A stretch of 44,018 nucleotides of DNA from the NCBI GenBank assembly GCA_023269735.1, contig JAGDWA010000043.1, positions 1,587 through 45,604 of the forward strand, in the 5' to 3' direction. This stretch comes from Thermofilum sp. (GTDB lineage Archaea; Thermoproteota; Thermoprotei; Thermofilales; Thermofilaceae). Each line of letters begins with the position of its first letter. Positions within the stretch are counted from its first letter, which is position 1. The notes beneath the pieces were generated by a model, which was given only the letters and a program-made list of their open reading frames with translations, did no database searches and was not told the DNA's origin. Positions 18,231-28,074 of the stretch are shown piece by piece. Position numbers and translations under genes: made by a program.

Positions 18231-18301
18231 GGGGCCGGAGCACGCAACTATTTAAGCGTCAGCGCGCGCTCGGGCACGGGCGCTGGCGGAGGCGGGGCGG
18301 G

Positions 18302-20092
18302 ATGCAGGGGGCTGAGCTCAGGTCGCCGATCCTGGTGGTCCTGGGCCACGTGGACGTGGGGAAGACGACGCTCCTGGACAAGATCAGGGGTACGGCCGTC
18401 GCCAAGAGGGAGCCGGGCACGATGACCCAGCACATAGGCGCGTCCTACCTCCCCTGGAGCGCGCTCGAGGAGATGTGCGCGCCCCTGGCCAAGGGCCTGC
18501 GCGCGACCGTGAAGATACCGGGCTTCCTCGTCATAGACACCCCGGGCCACGAGGCCTTCTCGAACCTCAGGAGCCGCGGGGGCAGCGTGGCCGACCTAGC
18601 GATCTTAGTGGTCGACGTGAACAAGGGCTTCGAGAGGCAGACGTACGAGGCACTCGAGCTGCTGAAGGCCAGGCGCGTGCCGTTCATCGTCGCGGCCAAC
18701 AAGGTGGACAAGATACCCGGGTGGGAGCCCCACCCGGGCGAGCCCTTCGTCCACAGCTTCGCCAAGCAGGACGCGTACGTCCAGATGAAGCTGGAGGAGC
18801 TCCTCTCCCGCATAGTGGTCGAGCTGAATAGGGAGGGCTTCAGCGCCGACAGGTACGACAGGGTGAGGGACTTCGCGCGGACGGTGGCCATAGTCCCGAT
18901 CAGCGCGCTGACGGGCGAGGGGATCCCCGACCTCATGCTGGTGCTGGCCGGCCTGGCGCAGAAGTACCTGATCGACCGCCTGCGCGTGGCCGAAGGGCCC
19001 GCCAGGGGGGTCGTGCTGGAGGTCAAGCAGGTGACGGGCCTCGGAACCGCGGTCGTCGCGATACTCTACGATGGGGTCCTGCGGAGGGGTGATACCATAG
19101 TGGTCGGGGGGCTCGAGAAGCCGGTGGTGACGCGGGTGCGCGCGCTCCTCATGCCCAAGCCCCTGGACGAGATGCGCTCCCCCGAGGACCGCTTCTACTC
19201 GGCCGAGGAGGTGAGGGCGGCGGCGGGGGTGCTGGTGGTCGCCCCCGACCTGGAGGGGGCGGTCGCGGGCGCCCCGCTCCTGGCGGCCAGCAGCGACACC
19301 GAAGTCGAGAGGCTGGTGAGGGAGGTGGCGGAGGAGGTCAAGGCGGTGAAGATCGCCCGCGACATCGTGGGGGTGGTGGTCAAGGCCGACACCCTCGGCA
19401 CGCTCGAGGCCCTCGTGAGCTACATGCGGAGGGCGGCGATTCCCATCAGGTACGCGGACGTGGGTCCGGTCGTCAGGAGGGACGTAGTGGAGGCCTCCGT
19501 CGTCAGGGGCCAGGACCGCTTGAGGGCGGTCATCCTGGCGTTCAACGTGAGAGTCACGGAGGAGGCCGAGGAGGAGGCCAAGGCCAGGGGGGTCAGGATA
19601 TTTCAGAGCAACGTCATCTACCACCTCGTCGACGAGTACCTGAAGTGGTACGAGGCGGAGAGGGAGAGGGAGAGGAGGGAGGAGTGGTCCCGCATGGTCC
19701 TGCCGGGGAAAGTGAAGATACTGCCCGGCTACGTGTTCAGGAGGAGCGACCCCGCCATCGTGGGGGTCGCGGTGCTCGCCGGCAGGATCCGCCGCGGCTA
19801 CCCGCTGGTGACCAGGGACGGCAGGAGCGTCGGCGAGGTTATGCAGATCCAGGTCCACAAGAAGGCCGTCGATGAAGCCGCGAAGGGCCAGGAGGTGGCG
19901 ATCTCGATCCGGGGCAGGGTCATCGTGGGCAGGCATGTTAAGGAGGGCGACGTCCTGTACGTGGACGTGCCGCTCGAGCAGATCGACAGGCTGCTCGAGA
20001 AGTACGCGAGCGACCTCAGCGAGGAGGAGGTCGCGCTGCTGAAGAGCCTCAGGGCCTTCAAGCTCGGCCTCCTGAGCAGCCTGCCGCCGTAG
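18302..20092 (+). CDS. infB: Translation initiation factor aIF5B (IF-2)
   Basis: LRSPI..VLGHVDVGKTT, TQHIGA, DTPGHEAF, NKVD, KADTLGTLEAL. ATG at 18302. Confidence 0.96.
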   Translation: MQGAELRSPILVVLGHVDVGKTTLLDKIRGTAVAKREPGTMTQHIGASYLPWSALEEMCAPLAKGLRATVKIPGFLVIDTPGHEAFSNLRSRGGSVADLAILVVDVNKGFERQTYEALELLKARRVPFIVAANKVDKIPGWEPHPGEPFVHSFAKQDAYVQMKLEELLSRIVVELNREGFSADRYDRVRDFARTVAIVPISALTGEGIPDLMLVLAGLAQKYLIDRLRVAEGPARGVVLEVKQVTGLGTAVVAILYDGVLRRGDTIVVGGLEKPVVTRVRALLMPKPLDEMRSPEDRFYSAEEVRAAAGVLVVAPDLEGAVAGAPLLAASSDTEVERLVREVAEEVKAVKIARDIVGVVVKADTLGTLEALVSYMRRAAIPIRYADVGPVVRRDVVEASVVRGQDRLRAVILAFNVRVTEEAEEEAKARGVRIFQSNVIYHLVDEYLKWYEAERERERREEWSRMVLPGKVKILPGYVFRRSDPAIVGVAVLAGRIRRGYPLVTRDGRSVGEVMQIQVHKKAVDEAAKGQEVAISIRGRVIVGRHVKEGDVLYVDVPLEQIDRLLEKYASDLSEEEVALLKSLRAFKLGLLSSLPP

Positions 20093-20158
20093 GTGGCGCC
20101 CCCTACAGGCCGTCCTGCCTGCACACAAGCTTAAATACGACTGCACGGGGGACCTTCG

Positions 20159-20512
20159 ATGCCGACCTTCAAGGTCGTCATATCGAACCCCAAGACCGGG
20201 CGGGCGGAGCAGGTGGAGGTGAGCGGTGAGGCGGCGGCCAGGCTGCTCGGGCTGAAGATCGGGGACGTCTTCGACGGCAGCATCGTCGGGAAGCCGGGGC
20301 TCAAGCTGAAGATAACCGGGGGGTCGGGGAAGGCCGGGGAGCCGATGCTGCCCTTCCTGCCCGGCGGAGCCAAGCGGTACGTGCTCCTCTCCGGTCCACC
20401 CGGCTTCCACCCCCGGGATAGGGGTGAGCGGAGGCGGAAGTTCGTCAGGGGCAACATGATAACCGAGGACATAGTCCAAGTTAACACGGTGATCGTGGAG
20501 GGGGGCGAGTAG
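20159..20512 (+). CDS. rps6e: 30S ribosomal protein eS6
   Basis: FKVVISNP, LKITGGS...G.PM, GERRRK.VRGN.I. TTAAATA at 20131. Confidence 0.95.
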   Translation: MPTFKVVISNPKTGRAEQVEVSGEAAARLLGLKIGDVFDGSIVGKPGLKLKITGGSGKAGEPMLPFLPGGAKRYVLLSGPPGFHPRDRGERRRKFVRGNMITEDIVQVNTVIVEGGE

Positions 20513-20515
20513 GCT

Positions 20516-21775
20516 GTGGAGGACGTAGCGCTGCGCCAGCCCCTGGTCAACATCGGCACGGCCGGTCACGTGGACCACGGCAAGACGACGCTCGTCGAGG
20601 CCCTCACCGGGGTCTGGACCTCGCGCTACTCTGAGGAGCTGAAGAGGGGCATCACGATAAAGCTCGGCTACGCCGACACCACCGTGTACAAGTGCCCCGT
20701 GTGCCCGCCGCCGCAGGCCTACTACACCTCGGCCACCGCTCCGCCCGACCGCAGGTGCAAGTACTGCGGCAGCGAGCTCGTGCCCGTGCGGAAGATATCC
20801 TTCGTCGACGTGCCGGGGCACGAGATGCTGATGGTCATCATGCTGGTCGGCACTGCGTTGATGGACGGCGTGCTGCTGGTGGTCGACGCGTCGCAGCCGT
20901 GTCCCCGGCCTCAGACGAGGGAGCACTTCGTCGCCCTCATGCACGCCGGCGTCAGGAACATCATCGTCATCCAGAACAAGATCGACTTGGTGACGAAGGA
21001 GCGGGCTAAGGAGAGCTACGAGGAGATCCGCGAGTTCCTAGCGGGGACCTGGGCGGAGAAGGCGCCGGTGATCCCCGTCTCGGCGCTCCACAGGGTGAAC
21101 ATCGACGCCCTCATCTGGGCCATCGAGGAGTTCATCCCCACGCCGAAGAAGGACGTCGATAAGCCCCCGCTCATGCTCGTGGCCCGGAGCTTCGACATCA
21201 ACAAGCCGGGGACGCCCGTTGAGGAGCTCAGGGGCGGCGTGCTGGGGGGGATGCTGGTCCAGGGCAGGCTCGAGGTGGGCGACGAGATCGAGATCCGGCC
21301 GGGGGTGAAGATCCAGCAGAGGCGCGGCGAGGTGAGGTACGAGCCAGTGGTGACCGAGGTGACCAGCCTGAGGTCCGGGGACCAGGAGCTCGAGGTGGCG
21401 TACCCGGGCGGCCTCATCGGCGTCGGGACGAAGCTCGACCCCAGCCTGACGAAGGGGGACAACCTGATGGGGTGCGTCGTGGGGCGGCCGGGCGAGATGC
21501 CCCCGATACTGACGGAGATGGACGTGGAGTACCAGCTGCTCGAGCGAGTCGTCGGGTTCGAGAGGGAGACGCGCGTGGAGCCGCTGAGGAAGGGCGAGCC
21601 CCTCATGGTCAACGTGGGCACTGCGGTCTCCATTGGCATAGTCACGGCGGTCAGGGGCGACACCGTCCACCTGGCGCTCAGGGCGCCAGTGGCGGCTTAC
21701 CCCGGTTCGCGGGTTGCCTTCAGCCGCCAGATAGAGGGCAGGTGGCGCTTAGTCGGCTACGGCGTGATTCGCTAG
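20516..21775 (+). CDS. eif2g: Translation initiation factor aIF-2 gamma
   Basis: NIGTAGHVDHGKTT, EELKRGITIKLGY, Zn knuckle, D.PGHE, QNKID, RSFDINKPG, WRLVGYG. Confidence 0.96.
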   Translation: MEDVALRQPLVNIGTAGHVDHGKTTLVEALTGVWTSRYSEELKRGITIKLGYADTTVYKCPVCPPPQAYYTSATAPPDRRCKYCGSELVPVRKISFVDVPGHEMLMVIMLVGTALMDGVLLVVDASQPCPRPQTREHFVALMHAGVRNIIVIQNKIDLVTKERAKESYEEIREFLAGTWAEKAPVIPVSALHRVNIDALIWAIEEFIPTPKKDVDKPPLMLVARSFDINKPGTPVEELRGGVLGGMLVQGRLEVGDEIEIRPGVKIQQRRGEVRYEPVVTEVTSLRSGDQELEVAYPGGLIGVGTKLDPSLTKGDNLMGCVVGRPGEMPPILTEMDVEYQLLERVVGFERETRVEPLRKGEPLMVNVGTAVSIGIVTAVRGDTVHLALRAPVAAYPGSRVAFSRQIEGRWRLVGYGVIR

Positions 21776-21822
21776 GCTGCAGCACTCGCGCCGGAGCAGC
21801 TAGGCCTCCGAGCTCCCCCAAC

Positions 21823-22584
21823 CTACAGCATGCCAGCGGCCCGGAAGAAGCTCGCGATGAACCAAGTCGCGGCCAGGAACGCTGCAGAGCCCGCTGCCGT
21901 GCGCTTCCAGCTCAGATCCCCCACCTTCCTGAACGCGAGGCCGGTCAGAAGCACGCTCCAGGCGGTTCCGAAGTAGCTCGCGGCGTCCAGCACGAGCGGC
22001 AGCCTGACCCCGATCGCCGAGGAGGTTACGTCGAGCCTGTACTCGTAGGCCGCCCACGCCAGGGTCTGGGGGTACGCCCCGCGCACAACGATCAGCCTCA
22101 CGTGCGGGGTGATCAGGTTGACCAGAGCGTAGGAGGCGCAGTAGACGGCGAAGGTCGCCAGCGACGATGAGAGGATGTAGCCCACCGCGGAGAACACCGT
22201 GAAGCCCTCAACCCGCGACCCCAGCAGGTACATCACGAGCCAGCAGATCACGAACGCAATGAACCAGAAGACGAACAAGGCCGCGGCCCTCAGAGAGACG
22301 AAGGCGGCTAGCGTGGAGTAGAATCTGGCTAGAAGCTCCTCCGGAGCGCCCCCCGAAACTTCGTACACGCCACGCACTAGCTGCTCGCCGCTCAGCGTCT
22401 GGAGGGCGAGGCCAGCTGCTAGGAGCAGGGCGGGCGGCAGCGCGTCAGGCGCAAGCTTGACCTCCTCGAATAGCTCCACCGGCCTGATGTACAGCTGGTA
22501 GAGCCTGCGCGCCGTCCTCCGCAGGGCCCTCGCGGTGTAGAGGGCGATGGCCCTCGCGGCAGCAGCTACAGACCTGAGCCTCAA
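21823..22584 (-). CDS. Membrane protein, possibly Yip1-like
   Basis: About 5 hydrophobic segments and an N-terminal P.E.FEE motif. Coupled to the upstream gene. Confidence 0.55.
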   Translation of the reverse strand: MRLRSVAAAARAIALYTARALRRTARRLYQLYIRPVELFEEVKLAPDALPPALLLAAGLALQTLSGEQLVRGVYEVSGGAPEELLARFYSTLAAFVSLRAAALFVFWFIAFVICWLVMYLLGSRVEGFTVFSAVGYILSSSLATFAVYCASYALVNLITPHVRLIVVRGAYPQTLAWAAYEYRLDVTSSAIGVRLPLVLDAASYFGTAWSVLLTGLAFRKVGDLSWKRTAAGSAAFLAATWFIASFFRAAGML

Positions 22585-22823
22585 ACTCCCACCAGGGTGG
22601 TCGTGTGCTCCACGCCGCCGATCTTGCGGATGGCGCTCACGACTCTGTCGAGCTCACCCAGGGAGTCGACCTCCACGATCACCACCGCGTCCCAGGCCCC
22701 GTAGGTTATGTAGGTCTCCTTCACGCCGGGTATCTCCCTTATCCTGGCTACCACGTCGTACTCCATCCCGGTCTTTATCGTGGCCAGCACGAACGCGAGC
22801 ACTGGCCGCCTCAAGCCCCTCAT
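22581..22823 (-). CDS. Stand-alone Lrp/AsnC ligand-binding (RAM) domain protein
   Basis: AFVL....G.E..V...I..IPGV.E....YG.WD.V..VE......L......IRKI.GV..T.TL. ATG at 22823. Confidence 0.85.
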   Translation of the reverse strand: MRGLRRPVLAFVLATIKTGMEYDVVARIREIPGVKETYITYGAWDAVVIVEVDSLGELDRVVSAIRKIGGVEHTTTLVGV

Positions 22824-22917
22824 AGCCTCCTCGCGCTCCCGGATTTTAGCTTTCCTTCCCGCCCCGCCGGCAAGAGACAGGCATATAACGTCGGGGGTGA
22901 AGCCACTGCCGGTGGGC

Positions 22918-23928
22918 ATGGCCGCGGAGCGAGCCCCCGAGCTCTGGGTTGAGAAGTACAGGCCTCGCACGCTGGACGAGATGGTGGACCAGAAGGAGAT
23001 CGTGGCGCGCCTCAAGGAGTTCGTCAAGGAGAAGAACATCCCCCACCTCCTCTTCGTGGGGCCCCCCGGCACCGGCAAGACTACCGCCGCGCTGTGCGTC
23101 GCGTACGAGCTCTACGGCGAGCGGTGGCGCGACAACACCCTCGAGCTAAACGCGTCCGACGAGCGCGGGATCGACGTGATCAGGACGAGGATCAAGGAGT
23201 ACGCGAGGACGATGCCCGTGGGCGAGGTCCCCTACAAGCTCATAATCCTGGACGAGGCGGACAACATGACGGGCGACGCCCAGCAGGCCCTCCGCAGGAC
23301 GATGGAGCTGTTCTCGAGGACCGCCCGCTTCATCCTGATAGCCAACTACGCCTCCAAGATCATCGAGCCGATACAGTCGAGGTGCGCGATCTTCAGGTTT
23401 CAGCCGATCCCGAAGGAGGACTTCGTGGGCCGCCTCAGGTACATCGCTGAGCGCGAGGGGGTAGAAGCTACCGAGGACGCGCTCGAGGCCATCTGGGAGG
23501 AGAGCGCCGGGGACATGAGGAAGGCGATCAACACGCTTCAAGCGGCGGCTGCCATTGGCAAGGTGGTCGACGCCGACGCCGTCTACAAGGCGCTGGGGAA
23601 GGTCACGCCCAGCGAGGTCAGGGAGATGATCAAGCTGGCGCTCGCCGGAGACTTCCTGGGCGCGAGGGAGAAGCTCAGGGCCCTGCTGTACCTCTACGGG
23701 CTCTCCGGCGTGGACGTGGTGAAGCTCATCCACAGGGAGGTGGTCTCGGCCAGGGGGGGCCTGGAGCTCAGCGACAGGCTGAGGCTGGAGCTGCTGGAGC
23801 TGATAGGGGAGGTGAACTACAGGCTGGTGGAGGGTGCCGACGACGAGATACAGCTCAACGCACTGCTGGCTAAGCTCGCCCTCGCGGGGAAGGGGGCTAG
23901 CGGCCTCAAGGCTGCCGGGAGCGCCTGA
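22918..23928 (+). CDS. rfcS: Replication factor C small subunit
   Basis: [32 protein letters not shown] motifs. No intein. Confidence 0.96.
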   Translation: MAAERAPELWVEKYRPRTLDEMVDQKEIVARLKEFVKEKNIPHLLFVGPPGTGKTTAALCVAYELYGERWRDNTLELNASDERGIDVIRTRIKEYARTMPVGEVPYKLIILDEADNMTGDAQQALRRTMELFSRTARFILIANYASKIIEPIQSRCAIFRFQPIPKEDFVGRLRYIAEREGVEATEDALEAIWEESAGDMRKAINTLQAAAAIGKVVDADAVYKALGKVTPSEVREMIKLALAGDFLGAREKLRALLYLYGLSGVDVVKLIHREVVSARGGLELSDRLRLELLELIGEVNYRLVEGADDEIQLNALLAKLALAGKGASGLKAAGSA

Positions 23929-25126
23929 GGTCGTCGCGGATCATAGAGAGGAGCTCGCGCTCCAGGGCTTGCAGCGGTATCGCCGGCAGCCCGATGAGGG
24001 TGGTCTTCCCCCGCTGGCCCCGCCCGGACTTCTTGGCCGTCACGACCCCCATCCTCTTCAAGTTCTGCACGTACTCCCACACAGTCGTGTGCCGCTTGGG
24101 GGGCACGCCGTACTCCTCGCAGACCTCGTAGTACTCCATCTCCAGCAGCCCCATGGGGACCTCGCTGACGAACTTCTTCCTCTGAAGCAGCCTGGCCAGC
24201 GCGAGCAGCAGCAGCTTCTCCTCGAGCTTCAGGTTCTGCAGGACCTCCCTCGGGAAGGGCATGATGTCGCTGTAGGCCCTCCTTACGTCCTCGGGCAGGA
24301 TCGAGGCCCTGTCCTCGCTCTCTGCGTACTTCCCGGCCCTGTATAGGAGCTCCAGCGCGAGCCTCGCGTCCCCCCTGCCGCCCTTGTCGTAGCCGACGAG
24401 CTCCGCTATCATCTCGATGACCTCGTCGCTCACGGCCGACTCGTGCAAGGCCCCCTCCTCCAGGACCCTGCGCCACAGTATGTCGGCCAGCTGCTCGGAG
24501 GTGTACGGGTAGAAGCGCACGACGTTGTGCTGCAGCGTGCTCTGTATCGAGGGCTCCAGCATCAGGGTCTTCAGGTCCCGGAAGACGAACATCAGGCTGA
24601 TCCTGTGGACGGTGTCGCCAGCCACCTCGCTTAGCCTAGTCAGGTTGTACAGGGCGTTGTCCCTTCCGGTGGCTACGTAGTCGGCCTCATCGATCGTCAC
24701 GACCATGTACTTCTCGGAGTTCTTGAGGTGGCTCCAGATCATGTAGAGTAGCTCCTCGCTGGAGTACCCGCGGCGCGGCACGTTGAGGCCGAGGTCCCTC
24801 CCCATCTTCTGGAGGATCGAGAAGAAGGAGCGGTTGGCGTGACAGTTCACGTAGGAGTACTTGATGGTCGCCCCGCCCCTCGTCCTCAGCCCGTCGATGC
24901 TCTCGCCGAACTTCCTCGCGACCGCCGTCTTCCCCGTCCCCACGTCACCCACCAAGATCACCCGCACGAAGATCGAGCCGGGGTTCGCTAGGAAGTGCCT
25001 GAAGTACTCCCTCAGCAGCTTCAGCTGCTCCTCCCTGTGGGGCAGGCTCTTCGGGATGTAATCTGGCTGCAGCTTGCTCTCGTCCTTGAATATCTTGCTG
25101 CCCAGCCAAAGCCCTTCCCGGCTCAT
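23906..25126 (-). CDS. cdc6: Orc1/Cdc6 replication initiator
   Basis: [31 protein letters not shown]...QL..IL, GDAR.AL, C-terminal wH domain. Confidence 0.93.
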   Translation of the reverse strand: MSREGLWLGSKIFKDESKLQPDYIPKSLPHREEQLKLLREYFRHFLANPGSIFVRVILVGDVGTGKTAVARKFGESIDGLRTRGGATIKYSYVNCHANRSFFSILQKMGRDLGLNVPRRGYSSEELLYMIWSHLKNSEKYMVVTIDEADYVATGRDNALYNLTRLSEVAGDTVHRISLMFVFRDLKTLMLEPSIQSTLQHNVVRFYPYTSEQLADILWRRVLEEGALHESAVSDEVIEMIAELVGYDKGGRGDARLALELLYRAGKYAESEDRASILPEDVRRAYSDIMPFPREVLQNLKLEEKLLLLALARLLQRKKFVSEVPMGLLEMEYYEVCEEYGVPPKRHTTVWEYVQNLKRMGVVTAKKSGRGQRGKTTLIGLPAIPLQALERELLSMIRDDLRRSRQP

Positions 25127-25189
25127 GTTCGCTACCCTGGCGGGGTCACCTCAAGCTGAGCACCGGAGATTTAAGAGTTGTCAGGCCCG

Positions 25190-25672
25190 CTAGACGGCGA
25201 GTAAGGCCCGGTAGCCCCCCTCGGGGGCCGGGAGGAGCAGGAGCCGGGCGCGGACCCCCGCCGCGTCGAAGAGGCCCAGGCTGCGCAGGGCCGCGCGCGC
25301 TGCAGCCTCGACCTTCCGCCTCTCCGCGAGCCCCCTCGCCCGCACCTCAACGCTGCTCACCTTAAGCCCGGTGCGCGCTGCTCGGGCGAAGAGCTCCTCG
25401 AGGGCCTCCTCCAGGCCCCCCTCGCTGTGAGCGACGATTCTCCTCACGCGCAGGATGCTCCTCACCGGGTACCGCTTCAGGAGCTCCAGCAGCTCGCCGG
25501 CCCCCAGCCCGCTGTAGACCAGTATCATGCCCTCGAGAACCTCCAGCTTGAGCCCCCTGTCGTGAGGGTACAGGGCGTCCATCAGATCCCTAGCGACTCG
25601 CCGCTCGCTCCCCCGCGCGACGCTGATGGCGAGTCTTGGGCCGGCCCCCGCGGCGGAGCCCGCTGGGTGCAC
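25190..25672 (-). CDS. Hypothetical protein, possibly THUMP-related
   Basis: L.ISV.RG.ERR...D..D.L N-terminus resembles the THUMP-associated ferredoxin-like domain. Fills the gap next to TATATAA at 25698. Confidence 0.45.
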   Translation of the reverse strand: MHPAGSAAGAGPRLAISVARGSERRVARDLMDALYPHDRGLKLEVLEGMILVYSGLGAGELLELLKRYPVRSILRVRRIVAHSEGGLEEALEELFARAARTGLKVSSVEVRARGLAERRKVEAAARAALRSLGLFDAAGVRARLLLLPAPEGGYRALLAV

Positions 25673-25734
25673 AGCGCGCCGGCGCGCGCAGCTGCAATAT
25701 ATAAGGCTCGGCCCCGCAGCGGCCCCGAGGGGCC

Positions 25735-26541
25735 TTGAGGCTCGCCCTCCCGGTCAGGGGCGCGGTGCTGGAGCTGGAGGTGACCGTGTGCAGGGTGGCC
25801 GACCTGCTCCCCCACGAGGAGGTGGTGGCGGACTACCTCGAGCGGCTCAAGCGCGCCCTGTCGGCCAGCGCCTACCAGCACAACCCCGTGGTGGTGGACG
25901 CGCAGAGCAACGTGATACTCGACGGCACTCACCGCTGGGCGGCCATGAGGGACCTGGGCTTCGAGTGGATAGCGGCCTGCAAGGTGGACTACTCCAACCC
26001 GCTCGTGGAGCTGGACTCGTGGGCCCGGGCCTACCCCCCAGCGGACGGCCCCGCTCGGCGCCTGCTGGAGCGGCTCGGGGCCAGCCCCCTTGGCACCCCG
26101 TCCGTGAGCGAGTCGAGCCTGGCGGTGGTCGGCGCGGGCTGGGGCTACGAGATCGCCTACAGCGACTTGGCGGACGCCTTCCGCAGGCTGCGCGAGCTGG
26201 AGCGGGAGCTCCAGCTGCTGACTGGGCGGGCCCCGACTTACGTGCCCCGCTCCAGCTGGGAGCGCTACGCGCGGGGGGCCCTGCTCCTGCTCCCCCCGAA
26301 GCCCAGCAAGGCGGAGGTGGTCAGGGCTGCGCGGGAGGGCCGGCTGCTCCCGCCGAAGTCGACGAGGCACGTGATACCGGCGAGGCCTGTGCGCGTCAAC
26401 GTCCCGCTGAAGCTGCTCAGGAGCCGCCACCTCGACCCGGCCCTCGTGGACGAGCTGCTCAAGCAGAAGAGAATGTTCCTGCTCGAGCCCCCAGTGGTGC
26501 TGGACAGGGAGTACCAGGAGCTCCTGCTCCTCTTCGCGTAG
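25735..26541 (+). CDS. ParB/Srx-fold protein, SerK (free serine kinase)-like
   Basis: LLPHEE, P.VVD....ILDGTHRWAA, VDY, W, and C-terminal KAEVV..A..G.LLPPKSTRH typical of the SerK family. Confidence 0.7.
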   Translation: MRLALPVRGAVLELEVTVCRVADLLPHEEVVADYLERLKRALSASAYQHNPVVVDAQSNVILDGTHRWAAMRDLGFEWIAACKVDYSNPLVELDSWARAYPPADGPARRLLERLGASPLGTPSVSESSLAVVGAGWGYEIAYSDLADAFRRLRELERELQLLTGRAPTYVPRSSWERYARGALLLLPPKPSKAEVVRAAREGRLLPPKSTRHVIPARPVRVNVPLKLLRSRHLDPALVDELLKQKRMFLLEPPVVLDREYQELLLLFA

Positions 26542-26544
26542 CAG

Positions 26545-28038
26545 GTGGTGGGGGTGGCCGCCGAGCTCATCATCGGCTTCCGGCTCTCCAGGCAGCTCGA
26601 GAGCGCTGAGGCCCTCGCCCCGGCGCTGGTCAAGGCCAGGGGCCTCCTGGAGCGCATCGGGGCGCTCGTGGACGGCTGGGAGTACGACCGCTTCGAAAAC
26701 CTCCTCCTAGTCCGCCTCCGGGCGGGAAGGGAGGTCGCCAAGGAGGCCGAGAAGCTGATAGCCGGCGCGCTCGGCGGGGAGCTGGGGCTCGGGAGCGAGC
26801 CGGCCCCCCCAGCGCCCTCCGGCTTCGCCGTCGCGACGGAGGCCCTGCCGAGCCCGAGCGTGCTGGGCCTCCTCCTCAGGGCCTCTGCAGCCCAGCTCGA
26901 GGTCCCGGGCCTGAGCCGCGCTGAGGCGCTGGCGCTGCTGGCCTACTACGCCTGCGGCCTCGACGAGGTGAAGGCCCTCTTCGCCGCGGCCGTGCTGGGT
27001 GAGGAGCCTGCGCGCCTCCGCGAGGCCCTCGCGAGGTTGCGCGAGAAGGGCGTAGTGGGGAGCGACGGATCCCTCACGAGGGAGGGGGAGGAGCTCCTGG
27101 AGCGGCTGGCGGACGCGCTGAGGGCCCGGCGCCCCACGGAGAGCAGGGGGCAGCCCGCGATGGTGGTGGACGAGGAGGGCAACCTGGAGCCCTTCAGCCC
27201 CGACAAGCTGGCTTACTCGCTGTACAGCTGCGGGGTGCCCTACGGGCTGGTCTCCACCATCGCGCGGCAGGTGGAGGAGGTGGTCGGGGGCAGGCGGTAC
27301 GTCGGCAAGCGGGTGCTCGCGATGGTGACCCGGAGCCTGCTGGACGAGGCCTACCCGGCCGAGGGCATCGCCGAGAGGTTCTACAGCTACGTCTACGCCC
27401 TCGAGTCGGTCTACGTGAGCGTGGGGGGCGAGGTGAGGAGGGTCACGTGGGGGCTGCTGAGGAGGGTCAGCTCCGAGGTACTCGGCGAGCGGGGCTTGAG
27501 GCCGCCGAGGCGGCTCGTGCGGCGCCACGCGGAGGTGATCGCGTCCGAGCTAAGGAGCCTGGTCGCCCACGCATACCGCTACTTCGAGGGGCGCGCCCTG
27601 AAGCTGGAGGAGCTGCGGGACCTGGGGAGGCGCACGGCTCCGCTGGTGTCGTTCGCGTGGCTAGACCTCTCCTCAACCCCCAGGGAGGAGCTGGCCGAGC
27701 GCTACCGCGAGGCAGCGAGGGGCTACCTGTCGGCGGCCGCCGGGAGCAGGGACCTGGGCTACCGCAAGGAGTTCGTCGGAAGAGCCCTGCTCCTGCTCTC
27801 AGCCGGCCTCATGCTCAAGTACTCCCTGCTCCCCTCCAACAGCACGCCCCTCAACCTCAGCGCCCTCCGCGCGGAGCTCGGCAGGGCCCGGCTCCCCGGG
27901 GACGCGAGGGCCGCTCTGGCTAGGTTCTGCAAGCTGGGCGCCAAGCTGGCCCGCAAGCCGCTGCTCATCGGGCCGCGCGAGGCGCGACGCGTCGAGAGGC
28001 AGATAGCCGAGCTGAGGAGCCTGGCCGAGCGCCTCTAG
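26545..28038 (+). CDS. Hypothetical multidomain protein with internal wHTH-like and ATP-cone-like regions
   Basis: LREALARLREKGVV...SLTREGEELL (wHTH-like); VVDEEGNLEPFSPDKLAYSL...G....V..IA..V (ATP-cone-like). Host-like codon use. Confidence 0.6.
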   Translation: MVGVAAELIIGFRLSRQLESAEALAPALVKARGLLERIGALVDGWEYDRFENLLLVRLRAGREVAKEAEKLIAGALGGELGLGSEPAPPAPSGFAVATEALPSPSVLGLLLRASAAQLEVPGLSRAEALALLAYYACGLDEVKALFAAAVLGEEPARLREALARLREKGVVGSDGSLTREGEELLERLADALRARRPTESRGQPAMVVDEEGNLEPFSPDKLAYSLYSCGVPYGLVSTIARQVEEVVGGRRYVGKRVLAMVTRSLLDEAYPAEGIAERFYSYVYALESVYVSVGGEVRRVTWGLLRRVSSEVLGERGLRPPRRLVRRHAEVIASELRSLVAHAYRYFEGRALKLEELRDLGRRTAPLVSFAWLDLSSTPREELAERYREAARGYLSAAAGSRDLGYRKEFVGRALLLLSAGLMLKYSLLPSNSTPLNLSALRAELGRARLPGDARAALARFCKLGAKLARKPLLIGPREARRVERQIAELRSLAERL

Positions 28039-28074
28039 CGCACGCTTTTTACCCCTCGCCCCGGGGAGGGAGCG

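Noticed and set aside
25127..25189. Possible replication origin next to cdc6
   Set aside because: The spacer is only about 60 nt, with no ORB repeats or AT-rich unwinding element; only a TATA-like box is present.
25735..26541. ParB partition protein call
   Set aside because: No HTH or adjacent ParA; the C-terminal PPKSTRH motif fits the SerK-like branch better.
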